A stretch of 63,855 nucleotides of DNA, counting the filler, from assembly GCA_964501035.1 (NCBI GenBank). It is 4 parts of 4 records of this genome, joined end to end, with 100 filler letters (N's around TTAATTAATTAA, not from the genome) between each part and the next. Parts side by side here need not be neighbours in the genome. Positions count along the whole stretch, not along the records: positions 19,186 to 37,695 come from CAZCRK010000029.1; positions 37,796 to 56,276 come from CAZCRK010000030.1; 2 more parts are not named here. One strand, 5' to 3'. Position 1 is the first letter of the stretch. Every line of letters begins with the position of its first letter. The position numbers and the translations under genes are program-made. A model generated the notes under the pieces. That model did not search any database. It was given only the letters and a program-made list of their open reading frames with translations, and had not been told where the DNA came from. Of the stretch, positions 30,254 through 40,850 are shown piece by piece.

Positions 30254-31606
30254 ATGTCACTTAAAATAGTAATTATAGGTGTTGGAGAAGTCGGTTTTAA
30301 TCTTGCAAAGTCACTTAGTAAAGAAGATTATGATATAACTGTCATTGATGTTAGCCCTAAAAAATGTGATAGAATTCGAAGTAGTATTGATGCTCGAATA
30401 ATCGAAGGAGATGGAGCATCTCAAAGAGTTTTACAAAAAATTGAAAATATGCCTGAGATTGATTACCTTTTGGCATTAACTCGCATAGATGAAGTAAACT
30501 TGGTAGCATCTCAAATTGCGCGAGATCTAGGTGCTAAAAAAGTAATTTGCCGTCTTCGTAACACAGAATATACGCATAAGCATGCTGTTGTAAAACCATC
30601 TCAATTTGGAATTGATTTTGTGACTTATCCTGAAAAAGCAGCTCAAAAAGAGATTGAGAAGTTGATTCGACAATCTGCAGCAGTAGAGGTTCAAGAATTT
30701 TCAGATGGAAACATTAAACTCGTTGGGATCCAATTAGAAACTTCATCTCCATTAATTACTCGTTCAGTTAAAAATGTAGAAATCTCAAATCCATATATAC
30801 CACATAAACTTGCTGTTATTTTAAGAGGTGAAGAAAGTTTTATCCCACATCAAGATACTATTTATCATAAAAACGATTTTGTTTATTTTGTAGGAAAAAG
30901 TGAAGACATCCCAAAGATTCAACAAATGGCAGGTAAACCAGCATTTAAAGTGAAAAATGTAGTTATCTTAGGTGCAGGGAAAATAGGAAGATTGCTTGCA
31001 AAGTCACTTCGCGCTGATTATAACGTGCGAGTAATTGAAAAAGATAAAGCAAAAATTCAAAAATACAGTCCAGGAATGCCAGATGTCTTATTTTTATATG
31101 GTGATGGCATGGATATAGAATATCTAGAAGCAGAAAATATTTCTGAAGTGGATTGTTTTATCGCTGCAACTGCCGAAGAACAGAAAAATATTCTTGCGAG
31201 TTTAATAGTCAAACATTTTGGAGTAAAACAAGTTATATTGCATATAACGACATCTAATTATTTAAAATCAGTGAGAAGAATTGGAATTGATGCCGTTGTA
31301 AGTAAAAATATTTCAGCTGTTAATGAAGTATTAAAAGTAATTCATAGTGACCAACAAGAACTCCCTGTATCTAGGTTTGAAGATATATTGATAGATGCTA
31401 TAGAAATAACAATTAAACAAGATTGTAAATATCTACGTAAAAAATATACTCTTGACAAAATTCCGGAAAATGTTTGTTTGAGTGCCATTATTCGTGATTC
31501 AAAAGTAAAAATTCCTAATATACATACAGAGTTAAAAATCGGTGACAAATTATTAATTTTCACTAAACCAGATTGTGTAGAAAAAGCAGAGTCATTATTC
31601 AACTAA
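30254..31606 (+). CDS. trkA: Trk potassium uptake NAD-binding subunit
   Basis: Two RCK_N (GxGxxG) plus RCK_C domains. Confidence 0.92.
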   Translation: MSLKIVIIGVGEVGFNLAKSLSKEDYDITVIDVSPKKCDRIRSSIDARIIEGDGASQRVLQKIENMPEIDYLLALTRIDEVNLVASQIARDLGAKKVICRLRNTEYTHKHAVVKPSQFGIDFVTYPEKAAQKEIEKLIRQSAAVEVQEFSDGNIKLVGIQLETSSPLITRSVKNVEISNPYIPHKLAVILRGEESFIPHQDTIYHKNDFVYFVGKSEDIPKIQQMAGKPAFKVKNVVILGAGKIGRLLAKSLRADYNVRVIEKDKAKIQKYSPGMPDVLFLYGDGMDIEYLEAENISEVDCFIAATAEEQKNILASLIVKHFGVKQVILHITTSNYLKSVRRIGIDAVVSKNISAVNEVLKVIHSDQQELPVSRFEDILIDAIEITIKQDCKYLRKKYTLDKIPENVCLSAIIRDSKVKIPNIHTELKIGDKLLIFTKPDCVEKAESLFN

Positions 31607-31610
31607 AGTT

Positions 31611-33083
31611 ATGATCCGCAAACAAGTATTTAGTTTAATTGGATATATTTTAATATTTTTAGGGGCATCTATGCTACTTAGTGTAGCGTGGAGCGTATAT
31701 TATAGTGAACCTGATTATTTTGCAATTTTAAAATCTGCTTGCATTACAATTCTAGCTGGTGGAGTCATAAGGTTAGTTTCATTTTCAAAAAAGAAAAGGG
31801 AATTTTCATCACGAGATGGATTTGCAATTGTAACTCTAGGTTGGGTATCAATGGCATTTTTCAGTGCATTACCTTTCTATTTTTCTGAACTCACTCCATT
31901 ATCATTCACAAATGCATTTTTTGAAGCAATGTCTGGTTTAACAACAACTGGTGCCAGTGTGCTTGGACATTCATCAACATATATGATAGAAGATTTATCA
32001 CATGGCCTTTTGTTTTGGAGAAGTTTTACCCATTTTATTGGGGGTATGGGAATCATTGTATTTAGTATTGCTATTTTACCTTTACTAGGTATTGGTGGAG
32101 TTCAGTTGTTTAGAGCTGAAGTAGCAGGGCCAGTCGCAGATAAAATGACCCCACGTGTGAAGCAAACTGCCAAATTGTTATGGGGCATATATGTTGGTTT
32201 GATTTTAGTTGAAACCCTAATTCTGAAGTTAGAAGGTCTTACATTTTTTGACAGTTTATGTCATGCATTTGGGACAATGGCTACAGGCGGATTTTCTACT
32301 AAAAATGCAAGTATTGGTGCTTATGGTTCTTTAGTTCAATGGACAATTATATTTTTTATGTTTTTAGCTGCAACAAACTTTTCACTTCATTATTTTGCAT
32401 TAGTTAAAAGAAAATTTGAGTATTTTAAAGATAAAGAATTCCGTGTTTATTTATCAATAATTGGTATATTTTCAATATTGTTTTTTATAAATATTGCATC
32501 TTCACACATGTATAACTGGGATTTAGATTCATTTAGACATTCCGTTTTTACATCGATTGCTTTGATTACGACTACGGGTTTTGGTACAGAAAATTTTAAT
32601 GAATGGCCTACACTGTCAAAAACCATTACATTTTTCTTATTATTTGTAGGTGGGTCTGCAGGTTCGACCACAGGTGGAATGAAAATTATTCGTTCAATTG
32701 TTGTTGTTAAGTATTTAATAACAGAAGTTAAAAAGTTATTACACCCAACTGGATATTACACAATTCAAGTTAAGACAGATGATAAGCCAGTGTCTGATGA
32801 AGTTGTAAAAAATACACTAGGTTTTTATTTGTTCTACATTTTGATTTTTGCGGCTTCGGCATTGGTGTTTTCAATGTTTGGATTAGATATGATAACATCT
32901 TTAACAGCATCAGCATCAGCAATTGGGAACATTGGTCCAGGATTAGGTTCAATTGGTCCCTGGGATAACTGGGGCCATTTCCCTGATTTAGCTAAATGGA
33001 TGTCTAGTTTTTTAATGTTACTAGGTAGATTAGAAATTTTTACAGTAATAGTACTTTTTAGTAGGAGTTTTTGGAAAAAATGA
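31611..33083 (+). CDS. trkH: Trk potassium uptake membrane subunit
   Basis: SGLTTTG, TGGFS, TTTGF, GSTTGG, GNIGPG, GRLE. Confidence 0.93.
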   Translation: MIRKQVFSLIGYILIFLGASMLLSVAWSVYYSEPDYFAILKSACITILAGGVIRLVSFSKKKREFSSRDGFAIVTLGWVSMAFFSALPFYFSELTPLSFTNAFFEAMSGLTTTGASVLGHSSTYMIEDLSHGLLFWRSFTHFIGGMGIIVFSIAILPLLGIGGVQLFRAEVAGPVADKMTPRVKQTAKLLWGIYVGLILVETLILKLEGLTFFDSLCHAFGTMATGGFSTKNASIGAYGSLVQWTIIFFMFLAATNFSLHYFALVKRKFEYFKDKEFRVYLSIIGIFSILFFINIASSHMYNWDLDSFRHSVFTSIALITTTGFGTENFNEWPTLSKTITFFLLFVGGSAGSTTGGMKIIRSIVVVKYLITEVKKLLHPTGYYTIQVKTDDKPVSDEVVKNTLGFYLFYILIFAASALVFSMFGLDMITSLTASASAIGNIGPGLGSIGPWDNWGHFPDLAKWMSSFLMLLGRLEIFTVIVLFSRSFWKK

Positions 33084-33856
33084 GCACAGTATTAACATCT
33101 ATAGAAGATAATATTGCAATACTTACAATAAATAAAGAGAGTAGCTTAAATGCATTGAGCGAAGCAGTTCTTGATGATTTACATATTGCCTTTGCTAACC
33201 TTGAAAATGACAATAATATTCATATTATAATTTTGACGGGTGCAGGAGTGAAAGCATTTATTGCCGGTGCGGATATTAAGGAAATGTCAAACCTTAAACC
33301 TAATGAAGCATTTGAGTATGCACGAAAGGGTCAATTATTAACCGAATATATTGAAAACTTTCCTAAACCTGTTATTGGTGCAATAAATGGTTTTGCATTG
33401 GGAGGTGGGTGTGAGTTTGCAATGGCATGTCATATTCGATATGCATCTGAAAATGCAATGTTTGGGCAACCAGAAGTAGGATTAGGATTAATTGCAGGAT
33501 TTGGAGGAACTCAACGGCTACCAAGACTTGTCGGCAAAGGAAATGCTTTAGAATTATTATTAAGTGGTAAAATGATAAATGCCTCTGTTGCTAAAGAAAT
33601 TGGATTAATTAATAAAATACTTCCTCAAAATGAATTATTGCCTGAATGTATAAAACTTGCGAAAAAAATTGCAAAAAATGCACCAATTGCTTTAACAAAC
33701 ACAATTAAAGCAGTCAATCAAGGTATTGATATTGAGTTATCAGATGCTTTAAATATAGAAGCAGAACAGTTTAAAGAAATATTTGAAACATCTGATAAAA
33801 CAGAAGGTCTATCTGCTTTTGTTGAAAAGAGAAAGCCAAACTTTATTGGCAAATAA
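33080..33856 (+). CDS. Enoyl-CoA hydratase (crotonase family)
   Basis: AFIAGADI, GGGCE, GQPEV..G..GFGGTQRL. Confidence 0.9.
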   Translation: MSTVLTSIEDNIAILTINKESSLNALSEAVLDDLHIAFANLENDNNIHIIILTGAGVKAFIAGADIKEMSNLKPNEAFEYARKGQLLTEYIENFPKPVIGAINGFALGGGCEFAMACHIRYASENAMFGQPEVGLGLIAGFGGTQRLPRLVGKGNALELLLSGKMINASVAKEIGLINKILPQNELLPECIKLAKKIAKNAPIALTNTIKAVNQGIDIELSDALNIEAEQFKEIFETSDKTEGLSAFVEKRKPNFIGK

Positions 33857-33873
33857 ATTCGAAATATTTTACA

Positions 33874-34425
33874 TTAAATTGAGACATATTCCTGCCAAAA
33901 CTTTACTGATTCAGCCCATTGTTCACTAGTATAATTTGCTTTTGTACCTCCCGGTAATTGGCATTGATTTCGCATCATAGTTACTGGACCCATAGGCATA
34001 TAAGTTACTCCCTTTGGGATTGCGTGAAATGAAATGAGCTCCCACTCCTTACTTGTATCATTTTCATTGGTTTCAGCTAATACATCATGCCGATATAAAA
34101 CTAAATCAACATTACCAGTTTTTAGTGGTCTGCCGTTTACAGCTCTAGTCTGAATATAGGGTTCTTCATTTTCTCTGCGCTGTACAATTTTGGAAGTAAG
34201 TTTTGTATCTTTGTTTATCTTAGTAAATGGGCAAACAAAATGTTTTAATAATATTTTGTCAACTGGGATTAAGATAACTCCATCACGATAACCTTGTTTA
34301 TAAATACCCTTTGATAATTGATCACTTGCATGTTGTGCAATTTCTTGAAAACTAAGTGTTGGAGAGTATGTTTTTCCTGATCCTGAAATTTGTCGTTTTA
34401 CAAAATTATTTACTGCTACATTCAT
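33874..34425 (-). CDS. DUF3228-like protein of unknown function
   Basis: GYRDG, RRENEEP, DLVLY, PMGPVTMMRN, GGT, SVKFW. Confidence 0.6.
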   Translation of the reverse strand: MNVAVNNFVKRQISGSGKTYSPTLSFQEIAQHASDQLSKGIYKQGYRDGVILIPVDKILLKHFVCPFTKINKDTKLTSKIVQRRENEEPYIQTRAVNGRPLKTGNVDLVLYRHDVLAETNENDTSKEWELISFHAIPKGVTYMPMGPVTMMRNQCQLPGGTKANYTSEQWAESVKFWQEYVSI

Positions 34426-34467
34426 ACTTATTTTTGTCCTAAATTACATGATTGAAAATATATAAAA

Positions 34468-37400
34468 TTGGTCATCAACTTTACGAGAGATAATTTAAAT
34501 AGTTTAACATGCAAATTGGAAGAAAAAACAGTATATAATTCACAACAACTTTTAGCAGTTGAGCATCCACCCAAACCCTTATTAATTATTGCTGGAGCAG
34601 GGACAGGCAAAACTACAACAATTGTAGGAAGAATGGCATATTTGATTGATACCCTTCAGATACCGCCAAATGAAATTTTAGCTCTCACTTTTACAGTTAA
34701 AGCAGCTGAACATTTAAAACAAAAATTGATAAATGAAGTTGGGAACCTTGGTGAGAAAATACATGCATCAAATTTTCATTCATTCGCTCAACAAATTACA
34801 TTAGAGTTCAAGGAATATTTAGGCTACACCAAAACACCCAACTTGATGAATGATAACGATATTTACTTTATGCTAAGGGAGAAATTCGACAGTTTAGATA
34901 CCTTGTTAAGCACATCATTTAAACGAGAACCAATCAAGGCAATAGAATCATTTAAATCATGCTTTGATAGATTTAGAGATGACTTATTAACTGCAGAAGA
35001 CCTAAGAGAAATCAAAGTTAAATCATTAAAACATGCAGAATCAGCACAGGATGTTAAAAAAGCAGAACCATATTTGCAACTAGTCGATGCAATTCATGTA
35101 TTTCCAAAATTTCAAGAATGGAAACAATCGTCGAACCGTATTGATTTTGGTGACATGATTCAAAATTGTTGGAAACTCATACAAAACAACCCAGAAGTTT
35201 TATCCATTTTACAAAAACGATTTCAACATATTATTATTGATGAGTTTCAGGATAATAACTTTGCATTAAGTCAAATTATGTTCGAAATTGCAAAACCAAA
35301 TAATAGTATTACTGTGGTTGGAGATGATGATCAAAGTATATATTCTTTTCGTGGTGCAAATATTCAAAATGTGCATGAGTTTGTACATAGATATTCGAAT
35401 GATGAAGGATATGCAAAAGTTCAGCTTACACAAAATTATAGATCCGTACAACCCATTTTGGATGTTGCAAACATAACTATTCAACAAAATCCAGATAGGA
35501 TGGAAAAAGACTTTCTGCATTCGGGATGGAGTTCAGATGTTTTGCCAACAATTGCAATAGGTACGAAAACAGGACAAGTTGAATATATAGCAAATTCAAT
35601 CAAAAAATTGATTCAAAATGGTTGTCAGCCAAATGAGATTGCAATTTTAACTCGAACCCACAAACAATGTACAGATGTTAATGAAATTCTTAAGAATTAT
35701 CATATTTTAACAAATTACACATCTGGAAAATTGTTTGATAGACATGTTGTTATAGAAATTTTATGTTTGTTAAATATTATCAATAACCAATCTATCAATG
35801 AGTTATTAATTATTTACTTGATTGAAAGAAAATTTGGGAAGAATATTTCCCGTTTTATTACACAATCAAAATGGAAACAAAGTAAAAATGGTGATTTAAT
35901 AGAGTTTTGCATTTCTATTAGTAAAAGCATTCCAAAAACAGTTTTAACTTATTGTAAACAACTCAAAGAATTAACAGTAAAATCGAAAAACAAACCGATT
36001 CAAAATATTTTGTGGGATTGTTTGATATTTAGTGGTTCATATTTGACTTTAAATTCTTCAAAATTAAGTACCAAAAGTACATTAGATATTCAATGTCTTA
36101 ATGAATTTCAAAAAATTGTACGAGATTATTGTTTGCAATATAACTCGCAAGAATTAGAACCATTTTGCAGATATTTAAATGTGATATATGATGTTAATAA
36201 AATTGATTTACCAAGTGAGAATCAAAATACGTCAAATAATTCAGTTCAACTTATGTCCGTACATGCTGCAAAGGGTAAAGAGTTTAAACATGTGTTTATT
36301 CCATTTGTGTATTCTGCAGGTTTTCCATTGAACAATAAAACAAGAGCATTTATTGATAATGTTATGCCAGAGTGGAAGCGATGGAATGTATCTGATAAAT
36401 CCAAAAAAGAATTACATTCAGAGGAAGAAAGAAGAACTTTTTATGTTGCGGTTACTCGTGCTCAAGAATCATTAACACTTTGTACGACACCAAAACGACA
36501 GTCAATTTATATCCAAGAATTGAATGATGAATTAACAAGAAAGGTTGAAATTATGGACAGCCCTACAAATAGTAATGTATATAGTATGTTGAAAAATGAA
36601 TATCAGGTTAAATTGCTTGCTGAAACAAATGCAGGCAATATAGAAACTGCACTTGATATTGTAAGAGCTATCAAATGTATAGATGATTTATCTTTGGGTA
36701 AAACGGCTAAATGGGAAAATAATCCGTTTCAGCATCAAATTTTAATTGCAATAAATGAAAGTGAAGACACCCCAATATCTAATTTAACAAATTTACAACT
36801 TTCTGCATCGCAAATTGATACGTATCATAAATGTTCAATGCAATATAAGTTTAAATATATTGATAACATACCAGGAAAGGGTGAAAAACCATATTTAAAT
36901 CTCGGAAATGTTGTACATAGTGTATTACAAGATTTTCACGAAAAAAAATATACTACTTTAGAAGATTTAGAACTGTTATTAAAAGAAAAATGGACATCGG
37001 CTGGATATGAGTTTAATCAAGAAGAATCCCAACATTATGATGATGCATTGCAAATGTTAAAAAATTATTTCAATTATTTAAAGGGTGAGAGCCCACCTGT
37101 ATTTTCTATTGAGGAGTTTTTTACTTTTCCAACAATGAATTGTAAAGTAACTGGAAAGTGTGATAGAATCGATGTTGATGAAGATGGTAATATTCAAATT
37201 TTTGATTATAAAACATCGAAAAGTCCCAAAAGTGCAAAAGATCTTCAAAAGGATACCCAATTAGGAATATACGCTTTGTATTCATTTGGAGCAGAAAAAG
37301 TATTGGAAGATGGCAGGAAACTTGGAAAACTACCAAGCAAGTTATCTCTACTTTATCTAAGAGAAAAAGAACCTGAAGTATCCATAACTTTTACAGAAGA

Positions 37401-37539
37401 TGAACTATCAGAATTTAGTAAATTAATTGAAGAAACTGCAGATAAAATACGGGGTAAAGAATTTAGCTGTAAAGATGGATTTCATTGTAATTATTGTGAC
37501 TACAAAAAGTTGTTATGTCCATTGTTTGCACCAAAGTAA
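34468..37539 (+). CDS. UvrD/PcrA-type helicase fused to a PD-(D/E)xK nuclease with a 4-Cys Fe-S staple (start uncertain, possibly TTG 34516)
   Basis: AGAGTGKT, DEFQD, VGDDDQSIYSFRGA, HAAKGKEF, EERRTFYVAVTRA; then LSASQI.TY.KC, GKCDRID, DYKTS, CNYC...CP. Confidence 0.88.
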   Translation: MVINFTRDNLNSLTCKLEEKTVYNSQQLLAVEHPPKPLLIIAGAGTGKTTTIVGRMAYLIDTLQIPPNEILALTFTVKAAEHLKQKLINEVGNLGEKIHASNFHSFAQQITLEFKEYLGYTKTPNLMNDNDIYFMLREKFDSLDTLLSTSFKREPIKAIESFKSCFDRFRDDLLTAEDLREIKVKSLKHAESAQDVKKAEPYLQLVDAIHVFPKFQEWKQSSNRIDFGDMIQNCWKLIQNNPEVLSILQKRFQHIIIDEFQDNNFALSQIMFEIAKPNNSITVVGDDDQSIYSFRGANIQNVHEFVHRYSNDEGYAKVQLTQNYRSVQPILDVANITIQQNPDRMEKDFLHSGWSSDVLPTIAIGTKTGQVEYIANSIKKLIQNGCQPNEIAILTRTHKQCTDVNEILKNYHILTNYTSGKLFDRHVVIEILCLLNIINNQSINELLIIYLIERKFGKNISRFITQSKWKQSKNGDLIEFCISISKSIPKTVLTYCKQLKELTVKSKNKPIQNILWDCLIFSGSYLTLNSSKLSTKSTLDIQCLNEFQKIVRDYCLQYNSQELEPFCRYLNVIYDVNKIDLPSENQNTSNNSVQLMSVHAAKGKEFKHVFIPFVYSAGFPLNNKTRAFIDNVMPEWKRWNVSDKSKKELHSEEERRTFYVAVTRAQESLTLCTTPKRQSIYIQELNDELTRKVEIMDSPTNSNVYSMLKNEYQVKLLAETNAGNIETALDIVRAIKCIDDLSLGKTAKWENNPFQHQILIAINESEDTPISNLTNLQLSASQIDTYHKCSMQYKFKYIDNIPGKGEKPYLNLGNVVHSVLQDFHEKKYTTLEDLELLLKEKWTSAGYEFNQEESQHYDDALQMLKNYFNYLKGESPPVFSIEEFFTFPTMNCKVTGKCDRIDVDEDGNIQIFDYKTSKSPKSAKDLQKDTQLGIYALYSFGAEKVLEDGRKLGKLPSKLSLLYLREKEPEVSITFTEDELSEFSKLIEETADKIRGKEFSCKDGFHCNYCDYKKLLCPLFAPK

Positions 37540-37547
37540 AGGGGATA

Positions 37548-37695
37548 TTGTTGAAAACAAATTTATTTAAACAAAGCATTGCTGAAGCAATAGGTACATT
37601 TGCTTTGGTTTTTATGGGATGTGGAGTAGTTATTGTTAGCCAATTATTTGAAGGATCAATTCCAAGTATCGGAATACCAATTGTATTTGGTGGGG
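37548..37695 (+). CDS. Aquaporin/MIP channel, 5' fragment (cut by contig end)
   Basis: AEAIGTFALVFMGCG...IVFG. Confidence 0.75.
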
Positions 37696-37795
37696 NNNNN
37701 NNNNNNNNNNNNNNNNNNNNNNNNNNNNNNNNNNNNNNNTTAATTAATTAANNNNNNNNNNNNNNNNNNNNNNNNNNNNNNNNNNNNNNNNNNNN
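37696..37795. other. Artificial contig spacer
   Basis: N run with TTAATTAATTAA. Confidence 0.95.
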
Positions 37796-38692
37796 AATTG
37801 GACAGATAAGTGGTCGTTCAAATCGGAAGTAGAATTAGAACATAATATGGTTGGTGGTGAAGAAGATGATTTTGATGAAACAGGTACTACGATTGGATAT
37901 GCTGGTGAACTTGAACTTGAGCAAGCCTATGTTAATTACCATGCTGGAAACTGGGGCTTCCAAGGTGGGGTAATTCTACCTTCAGCAGGTCTCATTAATG
38001 AGTATCATGAACCACCATTATTCCTCTCAGTAGAAAGGCCAACATATAGTAAATATATTATTCCAACTACATGGTTTAGTAATGGTTTTGCATTCTATGG
38101 AAAAATCAACAACTTCAACTGGAGGGTTGCGCTTATTGAGGATTTAGAGGGTGAAGGAATTATTTCTGATGGACATATTAGGGGTGGACGTGGTAAAGGA
38201 TATAAAACTACTGCCTATGATTGGACGAAAAACATTAGTGCATCCTATACTGGCATTTCTGGATTGCGTATTGGTGGTTCATTTACCATGAATAATGCAC
38301 CAATAGATAACGACCCAGAGTCAACACTTGGTGTAACAATGTTTGAAACTCATGCTAAATATGATGCTAACAATGTTTTTGCAGTGTTTGAATTTGGTCA
38401 AAACTCATTTGATGCAAGTAAAATTGAAGGTGCTGAGGACTGGACATCAAGCGGGTATTACCTTGATTTAGGATACAATATTGGTGGCATGGTAAATTGC
38501 GAAAAATTAATACCATGGTTCAGAACCTCATATGTAGCCACTAACACTGATAACGATGCTAAGGCTATTACACGCTTAGGATTAACTTGGTGGCCAATTA
38601 ATAATATTGTCTTTAAAGCAGACTACGGTACTGTAAAAGAAGGTGATGATACACATACCGAGTTTAATATGGGCGTTGGATATCAATTCTAA
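37796..38692 (+). CDS. Outer-membrane porin-like beta-barrel (5' truncated)
   Basis: SEVELEH, LEQAY, GLINEYHEPPLFLSVERP, C-terminal GVGYQF. Confidence 0.75.
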   Translation, partial: NWTDKWSFKSEVELEHNMVGGEEDDFDETGTTIGYAGELELEQAYVNYHAGNWGFQGGVILPSAGLINEYHEPPLFLSVERPTYSKYIIPTTWFSNGFAFYGKINNFNWRVALIEDLEGEGIISDGHIRGGRGKGYKTTAYDWTKNISASYTGISGLRIGGSFTMNNAPIDNDPESTLGVTMFETHAKYDANNVFAVFEFGQNSFDASKIEGAEDWTSSGYYLDLGYNIGGMVNCEKLIPWFRTSYVATNTDNDAKAITRLGLTWWPINNIVFKADYGTVKEGDDTHTEFNMGVGYQF

Positions 38693-38721
38693 TAATTAAT
38701 GTTGAGCATTAAAATTTTCCA

Positions 38722-38754
38722 ATTTGAAACCCAGAATTTTCTGGGTTTCAAATT
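38722..38754. terminator. Stem-loop / terminator
   Basis: TTTGAAACCCAGAA...TTCTGGGTTTCAAA. Confidence 0.7.
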
Positions 38755-38778
38755 TAACAAATTCATGTAAATTTCGTG

Positions 38779-39315
38779 ATGAGTACTTTATCAAAATTAA
38801 TCTTTTTTGGTTTTATTTTATTTTCAATTCTTATGTGCAGTATAAAGGAAGACACGGAAAATATCATTAAAGACTACTTTGCTCAAAATGTTACCTTAGA
38901 GTTTCAAAAATTTACAATACCAAGTCCTATTAAAAATGAAGTAGAAAAAAAAGTTAAGCAATCTTTTTTTAATGAAAATGTGTATTGTTGGTATATAACT
39001 AAAAACGATTCACTCGTTTCCATTGCCATGCTCGATAATGCAATAGGTAAAGTAATGCCAATTACATTCTTAGTTATCTTTGATATGGCTGGAATGATAG
39101 AACATACTGAAATTATTAAATATCGTGAATCTTATGGTGGTGAAATTCAATCTAAAAAATGGAATTCACAATTTATTGGAATGCGTAAGTCATCAACCTT
39201 TGATAATGTTGATGGAATAAGTGGAGCAACAATATCAGTAAACTCAGTTTCAAAGGGTATACATAAGCTAGTACTTCTCTTTCCTGAAATTTTAAAACTG
39301 TTTAAGGCAAAATAA
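38779..39315 (+). CDS. FMN-binding (flavinylation substrate, RnfG/NqrC-like) protein
   Basis: N-terminal anchor; GKVMPITF, YRESYGGEI, DGISGAT flavinylation motif. Confidence 0.8.
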   Translation: MSTLSKLIFFGFILFSILMCSIKEDTENIIKDYFAQNVTLEFQKFTIPSPIKNEVEKKVKQSFFNENVYCWYITKNDSLVSIAMLDNAIGKVMPITFLVIFDMAGMIEHTEIIKYRESYGGEIQSKKWNSQFIGMRKSSTFDNVDGISGATISVNSVSKGIHKLVLLFPEILKLFKAK

Positions 39316-39316
39316 C

Positions 39317-39811
39317 GTGACCTTAGCAAATCAATCTAGAGAAACTCTATTTTTACTTGTTTGTTTCCTTCTCATTTTAACTATTGGCGTATCCATTGGA
39401 CTAGGATTAGTAATTGAATCAACACATCTTACATCAACAGGAACAATTGAGCAATATAATGGTTCTGCACCAAAAGATGAATTTGATATTTTAGAGCATT
39501 ACCCAAAACCAATTCAAGAAATGTTAATGACTACGCATTCTCATGTTATCTCATTTTCTTTTATTTTCCTAACTATTGGATATATTTTTTCTCTTAATAC
39601 TATCATAAAAGGAAAGCTTAAAATATTTTTCATAATAGAACCATTTATTGCCATATTAACCACTTTTGGAGGTATTTGGTTAATGCGATTCGTTCACCAA
39701 AATTTTGTTTATCTAATAATTCCATCTGGGATTTTAATGTATGCATCGTTTTATATAATTATTGTGATTAATCTCATCGAACTATTAACTCATTTAAAGG
39801 ACTCAAAATGA
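39317..39811 (+). CDS. Four-TM membrane protein, hypothetical
   Basis: Hydrophobic segments and TTHSH motif; coupled to neighbours. Confidence 0.65.
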   Translation: MTLANQSRETLFLLVCFLLILTIGVSIGLGLVIESTHLTSTGTIEQYNGSAPKDEFDILEHYPKPIQEMLMTTHSHVISFSFIFLTIGYIFSLNTIIKGKLKIFFIIEPFIAILTTFGGIWLMRFVHQNFVYLIIPSGILMYASFYIIIVINLIELLTHLKDSK

Positions 39812-40755
39812 AACATCAAATTCAACTTATTAGCATTTTAATACTGTTACTTTTTAGTGTATGTTGCCAATCAAAAAATAATCATTCTTCTAAAATCCAA
39901 ACTTATCAAACCCAAAATGTGTGGGAGCATGATATGCAATATTTTAGTTTTTCCAAAAATGAGGGCTATACACAAAAACCTCTCAATTGGGATTTAGGCT
40001 TTAAATTGAATTGTATCAGTTTGGAACTTGCTGAAGGAACCTGTATTTATGCAGATATGTGTGTTGACCCTATTGCTATTGGACATAAAAGTACATCTAT
40101 TGCAATGATAGAAAATACAACGCTTGATAAAGTTAATGAAATCCCATACCAATTTGAAAAAGATGAAAAAGCACATGCTGTAATTGGAGGTGAATGGATT
40201 GATGATAGTCATAAGATTAAACCACATACGTATACATTAAAATCATGTAAAGGAGATATGTATGCATTTGAAATTATAGATTATGAATACAGTTTTTTAA
40301 ACCATCAATTAAGTAATATTTCTATAAAATCAAAAAACTTAACAACAAACTCATCCGTTCAAACTACTATTTTTGATGAAGCATATTCAAATCCTATCTA
40401 TTTTTCTTTTGATAATGGACTCGTTGCAAGTTCAGATATATGGGAATTAAAATTGGATGAATATAATTTTTGGCTCGGTGGTGGTGTATCTGCGTATATA
40501 CAAGAAAATACTCCTATTCATTCAGCCCAACTTGTGGATGACATAAAGTTTAATTTATCTGATAGTCCAGCTAAGTTTATCACTCAAAATTGGTACACCT
40601 ATGATCATGTATCCAAAGAATATGCATACAATAACAATGTGTACGTAGTTAAAACACGTGATGGAAAATACCCTGCTTTTCAGTTTATTGATTACTATGA
40701 TGGCGAAGGGAATAAAGGATACATTACAATAAACTGGAAGTATCTCAAACCATAA
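39808..40755 (+). CDS. HmuY-like lipoprotein (two HmuY-type units)
   Basis: Lipobox-like SVCC; YFSF..WDLGF and YFSF...WEL; YVVKTRDGKY..FQFIDYY...GYITINW. Confidence 0.65.
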   Translation: MKHQIQLISILILLLFSVCCQSKNNHSSKIQTYQTQNVWEHDMQYFSFSKNEGYTQKPLNWDLGFKLNCISLELAEGTCIYADMCVDPIAIGHKSTSIAMIENTTLDKVNEIPYQFEKDEKAHAVIGGEWIDDSHKIKPHTYTLKSCKGDMYAFEIIDYEYSFLNHQLSNISIKSKNLTTNSSVQTTIFDEAYSNPIYFSFDNGLVASSDIWELKLDEYNFWLGGGVSAYIQENTPIHSAQLVDDIKFNLSDSPAKFITQNWYTYDHVSKEYAYNNNVYVVKTRDGKYPAFQFIDYYDGEGNKGYITINWKYLKP

Positions 40756-40850
40756 TTTTTTAGATCATCTTTAAGGGCACTCCAGGTAAATGGATGAAAT
40801 TTATTTGTAACTCCAATGTTAAAATTCCATCTATCAATAAAGGAGAATTT

